64,000 nt of DNA from a virus, in the IMG/VR virus record IMGVR_UViG_3300050034_000187, positions 7,866 to 71,865 of that record; one strand, written 5' to 3'. Below are positions 9,255 to 19,614 of this stretch, piece after piece. A program made the translations under genes and the position numbers. Position 1 is the first letter of the stretch. Every line of letters begins with the position of its first letter. The notes below the pieces were generated by a model. That model was not told the DNA's origin. It did not search any database and saw only the letters and a list, made by a program, of their open reading frames with translations.

Positions 9255-10128
9255 CTTCATCCTCGGTGATATTCAAGCTATTGGTAGAAAAAGTTCCCTT
9301 ATTGCCTATGGAAGATTTTATTTGATTAGCATTCCAAACAACATAATGAGTTGTTCCTGCTGGCATATTTTTCATATTCCAATGCGTAATTGAGGTATCC
9401 AATATGATTCCATCAAATCCCATGATTTTATAAATATCAGAAAGAACTTCTCCTGCTGATAGATCATTGTCCATTAAGTCGTCATGTTCTCTAACTGCTG
9501 CTTCAAAATCGTCAGCGGAACAACCATCATATAATTGAGATGATTCTTCAACTTGCTCCCATATATTTTGATCCCCAACCACTCTCATAAAAGCATCATA
9601 TAATTCAGAACCAGAACCACTTTCTTCTCCGGTGCCTTCATCATAATCTAATTCAAAATAAGTTCCACCTTTAGCAGAAAGAATAACAGGCTTTTCTATT
9701 TTTAAATAGCATGGCATAATGTATCTTTTTACAGGACCAACTAATTCTTGCTTAGCTTGTGCTTTCGATTTTCGTTCTAATGCTTTATATTTTGAACTAT
9801 TATAATCTGGAAAATCTTCTGAATTATCTTCCCATTCAGCCATAATATTTTCCGAACGTAAATCAAGTCTACTTTTAAGGTCTGGGCCAATACCAGAATA
9901 ATTTTTATCGGCATCTCTTGGAGAGCTAGTAAAATAATTCGCAGCACCATGATAGCCTTCTTTATCACCATTACCATACCCAAAAACCGAAAAATTATGA
10001 GTAGTACCATGATAAACCCGCAACGGTTTTCCAGATTTATCAACTACTTTTGAATTACCAAACCAAGTTTTGAAAGCGGGAGTATCCGCCATATTCACAT
10101 ATTCTCTTAATAACTCTTTGATTTTCAT
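9241..10128 (-). CDS. MKIKEL-tag protein with ART-PolyVal-type ADP-ribosyltransferase-like domain
   Basis: FKTWFGNSKVVD...VYHGT...YFTSS...IMPCYLK...GFDGII...QIKSSIGNKGTF; paralog of 7676-8608; TAAATA at 10136-10141 (minus). Confidence 0.72.
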   Translation of the reverse strand: MKIKELLREYVNMADTPAFKTWFGNSKVVDKSGKPLRVYHGTTHNFSVFGYGNGDKEGYHGAANYFTSSPRDADKNYSGIGPDLKSRLDLRSENIMAEWEDNSEDFPDYNSSKYKALERKSKAQAKQELVGPVKRYIMPCYLKIEKPVILSAKGGTYFELDYDEGTGEESGSGSELYDAFMRVVGDQNIWEQVEESSQLYDGCSADDFEAAVREHDDLMDNDLSAGEVLSDIYKIMGFDGIILDTSITHWNMKNMPAGTTHYVVWNANQIKSSIGNKGTFSTNSLNITEDEDANQ

Positions 10129-10138
10129 ATAATACTAT

Positions 10139-11311
10139 TTATAAGATTTCTGAAATAAATTTTTCTATTATTATATTCATATTATTCTGATCACTGTATT
10201 TAATTGATAATAGAGGTATGTTATTTTCAGAACAATACTTTATTTTAATGATATCCCTATTCTTATTTTCTTTAAATGATAATGCAATATCATCCTCGTT
10301 CATATGATAACTCCACTGAACAGGTTCATAATGTTGTTTTCCATTATATTCAATTGCCCCAATAATTTTATCATTTTCATATAGTATAAAATCAAATCGC
10401 AATAATCGTTTACTGATACATCCAGCCAAAGTTCCTTGCTCAATGAAGTCCATATTATATAATTTTAAAAGTTCCTTAACCTTATATTCCCCCTTTGAGC
10501 GTTTACAATGCGGACAGCCATTTCCAGTCAAATGATGATTTGGCGTTTGCCAGAAATATTCTTTGCAATAATTGCAATATATTTTTCCTTTAATATTTGA
10601 TTTAATATAAACGAAATCAGAATAATCATATCTTTCAAGATGAATACTATTAGCCATATCAACAAATTGCTGTTTGGTTAATCTCTTACTTAATCCTCTT
10701 TTTTGCAATGAACAAATAGGACAGCCCTCTCCATTAATATGATTGGCCGGAGTTTGAAAAAAATAATTTTCACATTTTAAACATTTGATTTTTCCTTTGA
10801 TATTGTATCCAAGATACTCGAACATTTCATAAGAATATGATGAATGAACTGTATTAAATATTGATATGATTTCTTCTTGTGAGTATTTTTTATTAATTCC
10901 CGCTTCTTTCATTGCGCAAGTCGGGCAATTCTGCCCAGCCAAATGTTTGCTAGGTGACTGCTTAAAATATTTTTTACAAGTTTTACAATAAATATTTCCG
11001 GTAGTATTATAATTAATATATTTAAAAGAACTATACTCATATTTTTCACCATGTATATGTTTGGCTTTTGTGATAAATTCTTGTAAAGAATACCGAAGGT
11101 TATTGCTTGCTTTTATAACTGCGCAATTTTTGCACCCATTCTTGCTATTCAAATGAGCATCCATGGTTTGAAAAAAATATTCATGGCATACAGTACAATA
11201 TATTTTGCATTTTGTTTTTGCATTGACATAATTTAAATCGTTGTATAAATATTTTTCACCATGTACTTCCTTGCATTTAATCAATATTTCATCTAATGTA
11301 TGTTTTTTCAT
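10139..11311 (-). CDS. Free-standing homing endonuclease (Zn-ribbon repeats plus PD-(D/E)XK)
   Basis: Same repeat architecture as 3418-4764; RFDF...IEYNGKQHY; start overlaps the portal stop (ATGA). Confidence 0.85.
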   Translation of the reverse strand: MKKHTLDEILIKCKEVHGEKYLYNDLNYVNAKTKCKIYCTVCHEYFFQTMDAHLNSKNGCKNCAVIKASNNLRYSLQEFITKAKHIHGEKYEYSSFKYINYNTTGNIYCKTCKKYFKQSPSKHLAGQNCPTCAMKEAGINKKYSQEEIISIFNTVHSSYSYEMFEYLGYNIKGKIKCLKCENYFFQTPANHINGEGCPICSLQKRGLSKRLTKQQFVDMANSIHLERYDYSDFVYIKSNIKGKIYCNYCKEYFWQTPNHHLTGNGCPHCKRSKGEYKVKELLKLYNMDFIEQGTLAGCISKRLLRFDFILYENDKIIGAIEYNGKQHYEPVQWSYHMNEDDIALSFKENKNRDIIKIKYCSENNIPLLSIKYSDQNNMNIIIEKFISEIL

Positions 11312-13038
11312 ATGGCGGATTCTGGCCCTCCACCGCCTGTGGCCGATGGGCCAGTCGTCTCATCTGATGCGCCTTCTTCTCCAGCCATAGTTTCTTCTGG
11401 CATTTCTCCTTCCTCGCCATTTCCCATTGCTGGAAAATTTTGCATATCAGAGTCTATACTTCCAGAAGTAACTCCCAAATCCCGAAGATTTCCATTCTCA
11501 TTATCCAACGCATTCAAATCCATTGTTTCTTCGCGATGTAGCTTTGCATTCTCGTTCATTTCATCTTCATTTAATCCAAGATATCTTTTCATTAAGAATC
11601 TTTTTGACATAAATGGAAATCCTGCCATTTGAGAAAAAATATTAATTCTGGCTGCATCTTGCTCAGTTTGACGATATTGAGCAAAATTCTGAGGAGGATT
11701 AAACGTTAGCTTAAAGATGCTAGTATCAATCGTTACTCCGCACCATTTTAAATATGCTTTAAATTCTAAATCTAATAAATCACAAATCAATCTTTGCAAT
11801 CTCTCACAATATCTATTGAAACAATATTCTTGAATTAAAGCAATACCAACTTTTCCGTCATTTACTGCTTGTGTTCCATCCTCTGCTCCAGTAGGAATAT
11901 ATGAAGAAGGAATTTGTAATCCTCTAATTAATTTATTATCAAAATATCGAAGATCATTTATTTCACCTAGATTCATACCTTCATTTAATTGAGTAATATC
12001 TGTTCCTTTTCCAGACGAAGAAATTGGCAAAAAGAAATCTTCATTAATTGCCATACTTTGATAAGAAGTATCTACAAACTTTGATCCATTCGGACCCATT
12101 GTTGGAATTCTTCGTTGATATAATTCATTTTTTAACTTCTCAACATATGCCTGTGCTTGATAGCTTGGCATTTCTCCAACATCAATTTTAAAAACTCTTC
12201 TAGCTGGCGCTCTTTGAATACGATATATAACAATACTATCTTCCAGCATTTCTTTTTGCTTATATACTTTAAATACCGATTCTAAAATACTAGTGCCAAA
12301 TGGCCAATTTGCATCAAGTCCTTCTGTTAATGATAAATGCAAAATATTACTTGCATCAATTGGAGTTTCACTTTTTCCTAATGCAAATCTACTTGAACTA
12401 GAATATGGATTATTTGGACTATTGAATGAATCTCCATTGGAAGAATATCCCGGTCCGGCTGGAATCATATTAAACATGTCTTCGGAATTTACTTGTGTGG
12501 CAGTGAGATTCTGAAAATTCATGTTTAGATTTCTAATAACATATTGCTCTGGTTTCTTTCCCTTCGATTCATTTACAATTACCTTGATTACATTATCCAT
12601 TTCTACATAATGCAATTTAAATGTTTCTGGATCACGCAAAAATACTTGGTCACCATACTTCAACACATTGCGAAAAATTCTAAAAATTCTCTTATGGAAT
12701 TCATTAAGATAATACCAAGATTCTAGCCGATCCTTGATAATCGTGGTTTCTGTTTCCGTTGCTTCTTCTTTATAATTAATTTTGAAACATAATCCAGTGG
12801 ATTCATCTTCCTGAGTGGAAAATTGAGAAATAATATCCATTGCCGTGGCAATTGTTGAATCCAATCCCATTATTTCCAATTCTTGATAACGCTGGACACG
12901 ATTATTACATCCTAAGTAGCTTTCTTTCAACAAGTTAGGGTATTGCCCAACTGAAGGAGATGCATTTCTTTTTCCAGCCCGATGACTAAGTGGACTACGG
13001 GTAGAAGATGTACTTTTAAAATATTTTTTCCAACTCAT
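11308..13038 (-). CDS. gp20: Portal protein (T4 gp20 family)
   Basis: EDSIVIYRIQRAPARRVFKIDVGEMP, EDFFLP, GTDITQL, NLGEINDLRYF, LQIPSSY are hallmark gp20 motifs. Confidence 0.93.
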   Translation of the reverse strand: MSWKKYFKSTSSTRSPLSHRAGKRNASPSVGQYPNLLKESYLGCNNRVQRYQELEIMGLDSTIATAMDIISQFSTQEDESTGLCFKINYKEEATETETTIIKDRLESWYYLNEFHKRIFRIFRNVLKYGDQVFLRDPETFKLHYVEMDNVIKVIVNESKGKKPEQYVIRNLNMNFQNLTATQVNSEDMFNMIPAGPGYSSNGDSFNSPNNPYSSSSRFALGKSETPIDASNILHLSLTEGLDANWPFGTSILESVFKVYKQKEMLEDSIVIYRIQRAPARRVFKIDVGEMPSYQAQAYVEKLKNELYQRRIPTMGPNGSKFVDTSYQSMAINEDFFLPISSSGKGTDITQLNEGMNLGEINDLRYFDNKLIRGLQIPSSYIPTGAEDGTQAVNDGKVGIALIQEYCFNRYCERLQRLICDLLDLEFKAYLKWCGVTIDTSIFKLTFNPPQNFAQYRQTEQDAARINIFSQMAGFPFMSKRFLMKRYLGLNEDEMNENAKLHREETMDLNALDNENGNLRDLGVTSGSIDSDMQNFPAMGNGEEGEMPEETMAGEEGASDETTGPSATGGGGPESAI

Positions 13039-13053
13039 GAAATTCCTCTAGTT

Positions 13054-13239
13054 CTATTTATGAAAGGAATATTTTCTTTTACCGCTATCCCAAATACGAT
13101 AATATCTATTCTTTTCGATTTCTTCGATTGTTAATTTACCATATGCATCTTTACTCCATTCATTCGGAAGTTCTTGATTGGGATATAACTTTAATTCGTT
13201 TTATGTTTATTGAAGCCAATAATAGCTTGATAATTTCAT
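13054..13239 (-). pseudogene. Internally deleted remnant of a homing endonuclease paralogous to 26856-28454
   Basis: Reads MKLSSYYWLQ*T*NELKLYPNQELPNEWSK...YYRIWDSGK..YS; matches both the N-terminus and C-terminus of 26856-28454; similar promoter TTGAAT-17-TAAGAT. Confidence 0.7.
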
Positions 13240-13273
13240 CTTAACGTATGAAAAATAATAATTCAAATATTCA

Positions 13274-15838
13274 TTAAATAGTTTGCGCAGTTTGCTTTGC
13301 GTATTTCGCAGTTTGCGCCATATGATCTGACATAACTATCAAATGCTTATTCATAGTAGACAATTGCGCATTAATATTTTTAATCATGCTAAAAGTATCG
13401 GCGCTATGAGTCATTGACATTCCAGACATATTTGGAATTCCGGGAACTACCGATGAATGTTGTTGATGGATGCTAGACATATTATTAATCTGTTGTTGCG
13501 CAGCTTGCATTTGCTTTTGGGCTTGTTCTTCCTGACGCTTTTGCTCTTCTTGCTGCTTTTTCTTATGCTCTTGATAATAATGCCAAGCTGCTGCACCTGC
13601 ACCGACTGCCAAAACTCCACCAATGGTCCATCCAATAGGATTCCAAAAATTAGCAGCGCCTACTGCTCCCGCTGTTCCGAGAGTGCTTGCTCCGGCGATT
13701 CCAGCAACTCCCTCTGCTGCGCCCGCTGCGCCAGCAACCCCTGCTCCGATGCCTGTGGCGGCTCCTGCTGCTGTTCCCGCAGCGCCAGCTATACCAGCCG
13801 CCCCCGAAGCTGCTGCGCCAGTTCCAGCGGCACCAGCAATTCCTTCTGCCGCTTCGGCTCCTCCAGAAACAACTGTACCAAGCTTACCGGCTTTGCTCCC
13901 AAAACTAAATAATTTTCCTAATATTCCTCGAATTCCACCGCTACCTTTTTCAGCATTTCCAGCAAGTTTTGCTCCTTTAGAAAGGACGCCCTCTTCTTCT
14001 GCAATTGTTGTAGCTTTGGTTCCCTTTGAAAAAATATTCTTAATACTTGTGAATATTCCACCACCGCCTTTTCCAGCACCAGCAATATCTCCAATTTTTG
14101 ATGCAGCCCCCGCAGAAAGGAATTTAGGTAAAATTGCATTTAATGCCAAACTAATTAATCGAAGAGAAGCCATAGTGGTAACCATGGTGGCAACTGCCCC
14201 ACCGATTGTAATAACAAATGCACTAATACCAGCAGTAATTAATCCTGTTTTCGAAGTAAATAACCAGCTAAGAAAATCAATTAATTTACCAAGCATAGGA
14301 GCAGCTTTTTCCATTAGTGGTATAAGAACCTTCAATGTAAATTGATCCTGCATTGCTTTCATCTTATTATTAAAATCAAGAATACGTTTTTGCTCATCCT
14401 CTCCAGCAGCTTTTTGCGCATTTAGATTATTAAGTCTATTTTCTAATTCCTTTTCATTTAATTTATTATTCTTAATATTCGCTTGATTATGCATATAAAC
14501 GTTTGCAGAAAATTCACTTAATGCTCCCAAGCCAGTATTCATACCAGCAGATTGCGCATCAATTGCAGTACCAAATGTATTAGTAGCCGCAACCGTATTA
14601 GCTGCCAATCTTGCGGTTGATTTATTTAAACTAGCTTGAGAAAAAGTTCCATTTTTGCATTCAGCATTAAGATGTTCCATGGTTCCGCGCAATCCGGGAA
14701 TAGTAGCAGTAAGAATTTGCTGTTCCTTGGTTAATGGCGGCATTCCGGTAACAGCGAGTTTATAAGCTTCTGCTCCAGCTTTACCATACATCGCTGACAT
14801 CTGAGCTAAAACTTTATTTTGATTTACTTGCTCAGAAGCGGACATTGCATTTAAATGTCTCTGCCATGCTGCATCATTTGTTTCTTCTTTTAACTGATCT
14901 TCTTGTGCTTGTCTGGATTTACCAGTAAGTTCTGCCATCTTTTGAAATTCATCTAAAAGAGATAAAGAAGCCAATGATAAATCTTTGGAAGAAGCGCTGG
15001 AAGATTTTAATGATCCCCCAAATAAACTAAGAATAGAAGGCAATTCTTGATTATATTGATCAACTGAAATGCCAGCATTGGATAATTGATCTGAAAAATT
15101 TTGAAGAGTATATGACGCAACGTCAGTCATTTTTCTTTGACCAGCCTGTACTGTACCAAAAGTTGAAAGCTCTGCAATATTCTTTTTTAATATTTCAGTA
15201 TATTGATCAGTAGTTAATCCCATTCTACGAGCACTTGCTACTAAATCAATTAATGATCCATTAAAAGATAATCCAACTTCATTAAGGTCTAATAAATTAT
15301 CACTCCATTTTTGGATTTCTCCACTTGCTAATCCAAGTAACGCAGTAAATGATCCAATGATTGGAATATTTTTAGTTCCTTCGGTAATGGCTTGCATATA
15401 ATCATTGAACTGAGTTTTACCATCTGCAAAAGTTGTTATAAGTAATCCAGTTGTATGACTAAAACTTAATAATGTTTTTTCTGCAAAATCAGTTGCAGCT
15501 TCAAATCCAGTTAAAGCAAGAGATGCTAATTCTAATTCTTCTGTTTGATGAGTTAATCCTTTTGCTAATAATGGTAATAGGCCACTTAACTTTTCAGTTC
15601 CATTGCCAGTTTCTTTAATTGCATTATTATAGTCATCAACCGCATCTTTATCCACCGATGGAGTATTATTTAAAATTGGAGAAGTTGAATGATTGCTCGG
15701 TTTTGGAGTAGATAATTCCTTTTTGAGATTCTCTTTGAGATGGTCTAAAATTGCTTGAAGAGTTTCTTCTGTGGCAAAATTATCCATCTCAATATCATCA
15801 AGAGAATTATTACGAATTGAAACTTTAACTGAGGCCAT
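13274..15838 (-). CDS. Tape-measure-like tail protein
   Basis: 854 aa, helical, hydrophobic segment and Ala/Gly-rich region; full TATAAATA-N5-ATG start. Confidence 0.6.
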   Translation of the reverse strand: MASVKVSIRNNSLDDIEMDNFATEETLQAILDHLKENLKKELSTPKPSNHSTSPILNNTPSVDKDAVDDYNNAIKETGNGTEKLSGLLPLLAKGLTHQTEELELASLALTGFEAATDFAEKTLLSFSHTTGLLITTFADGKTQFNDYMQAITEGTKNIPIIGSFTALLGLASGEIQKWSDNLLDLNEVGLSFNGSLIDLVASARRMGLTTDQYTEILKKNIAELSTFGTVQAGQRKMTDVASYTLQNFSDQLSNAGISVDQYNQELPSILSLFGGSLKSSSASSKDLSLASLSLLDEFQKMAELTGKSRQAQEDQLKEETNDAAWQRHLNAMSASEQVNQNKVLAQMSAMYGKAGAEAYKLAVTGMPPLTKEQQILTATIPGLRGTMEHLNAECKNGTFSQASLNKSTARLAANTVAATNTFGTAIDAQSAGMNTGLGALSEFSANVYMHNQANIKNNKLNEKELENRLNNLNAQKAAGEDEQKRILDFNNKMKAMQDQFTLKVLIPLMEKAAPMLGKLIDFLSWLFTSKTGLITAGISAFVITIGGAVATMVTTMASLRLISLALNAILPKFLSAGAASKIGDIAGAGKGGGGIFTSIKNIFSKGTKATTIAEEEGVLSKGAKLAGNAEKGSGGIRGILGKLFSFGSKAGKLGTVVSGGAEAAEGIAGAAGTGAAASGAAGIAGAAGTAAGAATGIGAGVAGAAGAAEGVAGIAGASTLGTAGAVGAANFWNPIGWTIGGVLAVGAGAAAWHYYQEHKKKQQEEQKRQEEQAQKQMQAAQQQINNMSSIHQQHSSVVPGIPNMSGMSMTHSADTFSMIKNINAQLSTMNKHLIVMSDHMAQTAKYAKQTAQTI

Positions 15839-15852
15839 ATAATTATTTATAC

Positions 15853-16431
15853 TTAGTTAGCGAACCATACAACACCAGAATGCCTTTCATGATAAGTAAT
15901 AGATATGGATGGACTATATAAAAAAATTCTATTAACACTGTTATTTGTAATATGTAATCTAAATCCAAAATTAGAATCATTGATAATGGCAGGAGTTAAA
16001 GAAGTAGAACTAGCATCCCATGTAGACAATGATCCAGACCATGTTTTTGTAGAAGTTGTAAAATATTGGGTTTGCGTTATAGTTCCAAACGTATCTCCTC
16101 CGGTATAACTTCCCCCGTAGTATAAATCAACAGAAGAAATATATGCTTCTTCATACGCAAGATCATTATATGATGTATATACGGAAACACTTATATTATC
16201 AATTATTGCATCCGATGGAATACTAAATCCAAAATTATGAAAACTTACTGGGGAAGTAACGGAGTTACCAGTTGTAAAAGTTCTAATACCACTACCTGTC
16301 GTGGCTTCCCATTCCGAGGAATTAAAAAAGCTATAAGTACTTGCACTAACTGACTCAGTAACAGTTGTACTTGTATAGGCATAGCAACTAAGCGGAATTA
16401 AAAATAATAAAATTATAATAAGTTTTTTCAT
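15853..16431 (-). CDS. Ser/Thr-rich beta protein with signal peptide (fibre-associated or lectin-like)
   Basis: Start MKKLIIILLFLIPLSCYA; NFGFSIPSDAIIDNISV motif; follows the fibre-like gene. Confidence 0.55.
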   Translation of the reverse strand: MKKLIIILLFLIPLSCYAYTSTTVTESVSASTYSFFNSSEWEATTGSGIRTFTTGNSVTSPVSFHNFGFSIPSDAIIDNISVSVYTSYNDLAYEEAYISSVDLYYGGSYTGGDTFGTITQTQYFTTSTKTWSGSLSTWDASSTSLTPAIINDSNFGFRLHITNNSVNRIFLYSPSISITYHERHSGVVWFAN

Positions 16432-16432
16432 A

Positions 16433-18622
16433 TTAATACTCCGCACAAACAGACGCATATAATCCATAACCAGTTGTATCTGCTGTTGAAGGCGCAACAA
16501 AAGTTATAATATCACCGGCTGATAAAGTGGTAGATGTAAGAGAAACTGTTCCGGAAGTTCCAGATGCAGCAAAAGTAATCGTTCCAATAGATGACCCGTT
16601 ATCATTAATATTTATGGTCATACTAGACGTGGCAGCAACTTGCAACATTGCTTTACTGGTGCATGTAACAGAATTAACGGTTCCACTAGTTAAAATAGTT
16701 TCTGCAATAGGTGCAACATAATAAGTAATAACTTGGGAAGCAGTATAAACCGTTGCTCCCATATCAGCAAACGATAGTGGATGAAATGCGGTAGTTGAAT
16801 TAGTAGAAATTGTGCAAGTAGAACCAAGCGTGCAAGTGACGCCATTCACCGTCGTCGAGGAGTTGGCGAGATAAGCATTGGTAATAGCATTACCATTCCA
16901 TGTGCCACCTGTGACCGTACCAAGTGCAGATGAACCGGCAACGTTTAGCGAACCTGTAGCGTTTAGCAATCCGGAAATCGTCGCCCCACCGAGATCAACA
17001 AGAATACTGACAGTTGATGTTCCGGTAAAATCTGAATTTGCTCCATACAGCGTTCCCGTTAGTGTACCACCTGTCAGAGGAAGATAGCTATCAAGCTCCG
17101 TAGCAAGTACAACGTTCCCGCTACCGATTGTCGAAGTAGCTTGTAATAAACCAGTGCTACTTGTTCCTACTACCGTAGTAGAAGTAAGAGCACTGTCAGT
17201 AATGGCAGGAAGAGAAACACTTGCAGCATCGATTGTTAAAGTACCTAATCCAGCGGTGCCGGAAGTCCCGCCACTTGCAATAATTCTTGCATCATAATCC
17301 TCTGTTCCTCCGGTAGAGTGCCAGTCCATATATGGAGTAGAGGAAGTTCCACTTACATTTCCTAGTTCTATTCCACTATTAGTAGCTGCCGTGTCTCCAA
17401 CCGTTAGCGCTCCATTAGTTGTAATTCCTCCAGACATACTAATAGAACTCCCATTTAATTCTCCCGGAATAGTAGTATCACCGCTTTCATCTAATAAAGT
17501 CAACGTATTTGCTATTGCGGTAAAATCATTTGTACCTGTATATTGTCTAACATAAATTGGTTCTGTTCCATTATCAGCAGTTGCAAGTTCTAAATATCCA
17601 GCATCGCTTGCGGTTAGTCCAGCAGCAATTCTCACTTTGTCTGTTCCTGCTAAAATGTTTCCTTGGACTAATGTTACTGACCCAGAAGTGGTTGTTGATG
17701 GAATACTTGCAATAGTTTCTGTTGCTGTACCAGCATTACCAGTAGTAGAATTAGAAAGAGTAACAGTTGAGTTATCAATAAAATTTTTAGATGAATCTGT
17801 TCCTAATACCGTAACCGAAGCCGGGATTCCTGAAATTGAACTAGCGGGAATCGTAGTAGCCGATGAACAGGCAGTACTTCCATTACAATATACATATCCA
17901 GTTAATGCTGAGAATATTGGATAGTTACTAGAGTTAAATTGCAATGCCATACTTCCATTTTCATATAAACTAAGAATTCCATCCCCAGAAGAAAACATTC
18001 CGGTATCTTGTGATCCATCTACCGTAAAAGAATATCCTCCTGCTGTAGCGGTTCCTTCTGCTGCTAAAAATTTACCACCAGAAGTTACATTCCCGCTTAA
18101 TGCGGCATAACTTCCCAACAATCCGGTACTTCTTATAATTCCTGTAACATCTAATGGATAAATTGGAGCCGTATTTGCAATACCGACATAGCCAGAACCC
18201 AAAATTGATATTAACTCGGTTGTTGCAGTTGTATTAACCGGCCCAGCATAAATTCCCAATCTCTCCAATGTAGTATTAATTCCGTTTATCTGCATTTTGA
18301 ATCTTGCAGAAGAATCACTAGCATCAAATTGAAGTTGCGGTTGATTTGTTCCTACATATCCAAGAAAAATTCCAGTCCCATCACCAGATGCGAGACGAGT
18401 TTTTACTTGGCCAACAATATCAACATTATATGCTGGCGAAGTTGTACCTACTCCAAGATATCCATTGACAGTCATACCAGTACTATTATATGATGCAACT
18501 CCCGGCAAAAATTCATTGTACGAATATAACGGGCCAAGTACTTGTGTATTAGCATTAATATCTTGCGCATAACTAAACGATACCCCAACGCATAATAATA
18601 ACCCAATAATAAATTTTTTCAT
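16433..18622 (-). CDS. Tail-fibre/adhesin-like protein with N-terminal signal peptide
   Basis: MKKFIIGLLLCVGVSFSYA|Q; GYLGVGTTSP and GYVGIANTAP repeats; YLPLTGGTLTG; TAAATA and SD upstream. Confidence 0.6.
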   Translation of the reverse strand: MKKFIIGLLLCVGVSFSYAQDINANTQVLGPLYSYNEFLPGVASYNSTGMTVNGYLGVGTTSPAYNVDIVGQVKTRLASGDGTGIFLGYVGTNQPQLQFDASDSSARFKMQINGINTTLERLGIYAGPVNTTATTELISILGSGYVGIANTAPIYPLDVTGIIRSTGLLGSYAALSGNVTSGGKFLAAEGTATAGGYSFTVDGSQDTGMFSSGDGILSLYENGSMALQFNSSNYPIFSALTGYVYCNGSTACSSATTIPASSISGIPASVTVLGTDSSKNFIDNSTVTLSNSTTGNAGTATETIASIPSTTTSGSVTLVQGNILAGTDKVRIAAGLTASDAGYLELATADNGTEPIYVRQYTGTNDFTAIANTLTLLDESGDTTIPGELNGSSISMSGGITTNGALTVGDTAATNSGIELGNVSGTSSTPYMDWHSTGGTEDYDARIIASGGTSGTAGLGTLTIDAASVSLPAITDSALTSTTVVGTSSTGLLQATSTIGSGNVVLATELDSYLPLTGGTLTGTLYGANSDFTGTSTVSILVDLGGATISGLLNATGSLNVAGSSALGTVTGGTWNGNAITNAYLANSSTTVNGVTCTLGSTCTISTNSTTAFHPLSFADMGATVYTASQVITYYVAPIAETILTSGTVNSVTCTSKAMLQVAATSSMTININDNGSSIGTITFAASGTSGTVSLTSTTLSAGDIITFVAPSTADTTGYGLYASVCAEY

Positions 18623-18651
18623 AATAAACTCCTATCGTATTTATCGAAATC

Positions 18652-18788
18652 AGAAGAGTGACAGGAAACCCGTAAAGATCTATACGAAAAACATGTCGCA
18701 CCTAGTTGTCTATGATAATTTACTACACAACATATAGTGCTTTTAATATAACCAGCCCATAGCTTAAAATGATACTCGTCCAAAATAT
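18652..18788. repeat. Dispersed intergenic repeat, copy 1
   Basis: 18658-18754 identical (97 bp) to 30128-30224; shared ATACTCGTCCAAAATAT tail. Confidence 0.97.
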
Positions 18789-18813
18789 CATAAATACGAG
18801 AGGAGTTTATATT

Positions 18814-19566
18814 ATGAGTGCAGATTTAAAATCTCTTCGTCAGAAAGTTTTTGATTATTGCAAATTAATTTTGGGTGAGGGGATGGTAGATGTAGAAGCA
18901 GATCCTATTCATTATGAAACTATGTTGGATCGATCTATTGAAGTATTTCGTCAAAGATCAAGTGCCGCAGTTGAAGAAGGGTTTGCATTTTTACAATTGC
19001 ACGAAGATGAACAAATTTATACTCTGCCAGCAAATATAAATGTTGTAGCAAAAATCTATAGAAGAGCGGTGGGTGATTTTAATACGGGTAGTATGATTGA
19101 ACCATTTTCTCAGGCAACAATTTCTACTATGTTACTTAATGCAGGAAGAACGGGTTCATTGACATCTTATGAATTGTTTAAGGATTATCAATTTCAAGTA
19201 GATAGAATGTTTGGCGGGCAATTAGATTTTAATTTCAATGCTGAAACTCATAAGCTTACTATTTTTAGAAAGCCAGCAGGAAATATTGAAATTGCTGCCT
19301 TGCAATGCTATGCATATCGCGGAGAAGATCAATTATTAACTAATCCAAAAACATTATCATTTATAAAAGAATATACCCATGCTCTTATTCTAGAATCTAT
19401 TGGGCAAGCAAGAGAAAAATATTCATCTGTTATTAGTCCAACTGGCGGAACTACTTTAAATGGTGCTGCTCTAAAAACTCAAGCTGCTGAACTTAAAAAA
19501 ACATTATTAGAACAAATTACTTTATATCACTTTGGCGAAACCCCATTGGGATTCATTCTCGGTTAA
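18814..19566 (+). CDS. Neck/head-completion protein (T4 gp13-like)
   Basis: Start MSADL with SD; DYCKLILGEGMVDVE...FRQRSSAAVEE...GQAREKYS...GGTTLNGAALK. Confidence 0.68.
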   Translation: MSADLKSLRQKVFDYCKLILGEGMVDVEADPIHYETMLDRSIEVFRQRSSAAVEEGFAFLQLHEDEQIYTLPANINVVAKIYRRAVGDFNTGSMIEPFSQATISTMLLNAGRTGSLTSYELFKDYQFQVDRMFGGQLDFNFNAETHKLTIFRKPAGNIEIAALQCYAYRGEDQLLTNPKTLSFIKEYTHALILESIGQAREKYSSVISPTGGTTLNGAALKTQAAELKKTLLEQITLYHFGETPLGFILG

Positions 19567-19595
19567 TTGACAAATACTTAAATAAATGATATACT
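19567..19595 (+). promoter_or_regulatory. sigma70-type promoter for the dNMP kinase
   Basis: TTGACA-17-TATACT. Confidence 0.85.
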
Positions 19596-19614
19596 ATCAA
19601 TGGAGAAAATATAA

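Noticed and set aside
13457-14345. Pro/Ala-rich plus-strand ORFs
   Set aside because: Antisense shadows of the Gly/Ala-rich tape-measure region; no promoter or SD.
18652-18788. CRISPR array or riboswitch explanation for the three-copy repeat
   Set aside because: Copies are 11 and 33 kb apart with no repeat-spacer periodicity; the ACAGG-AAACC start only superficially recalls c-di-GMP-I, and two copies sit between divergent promoters.
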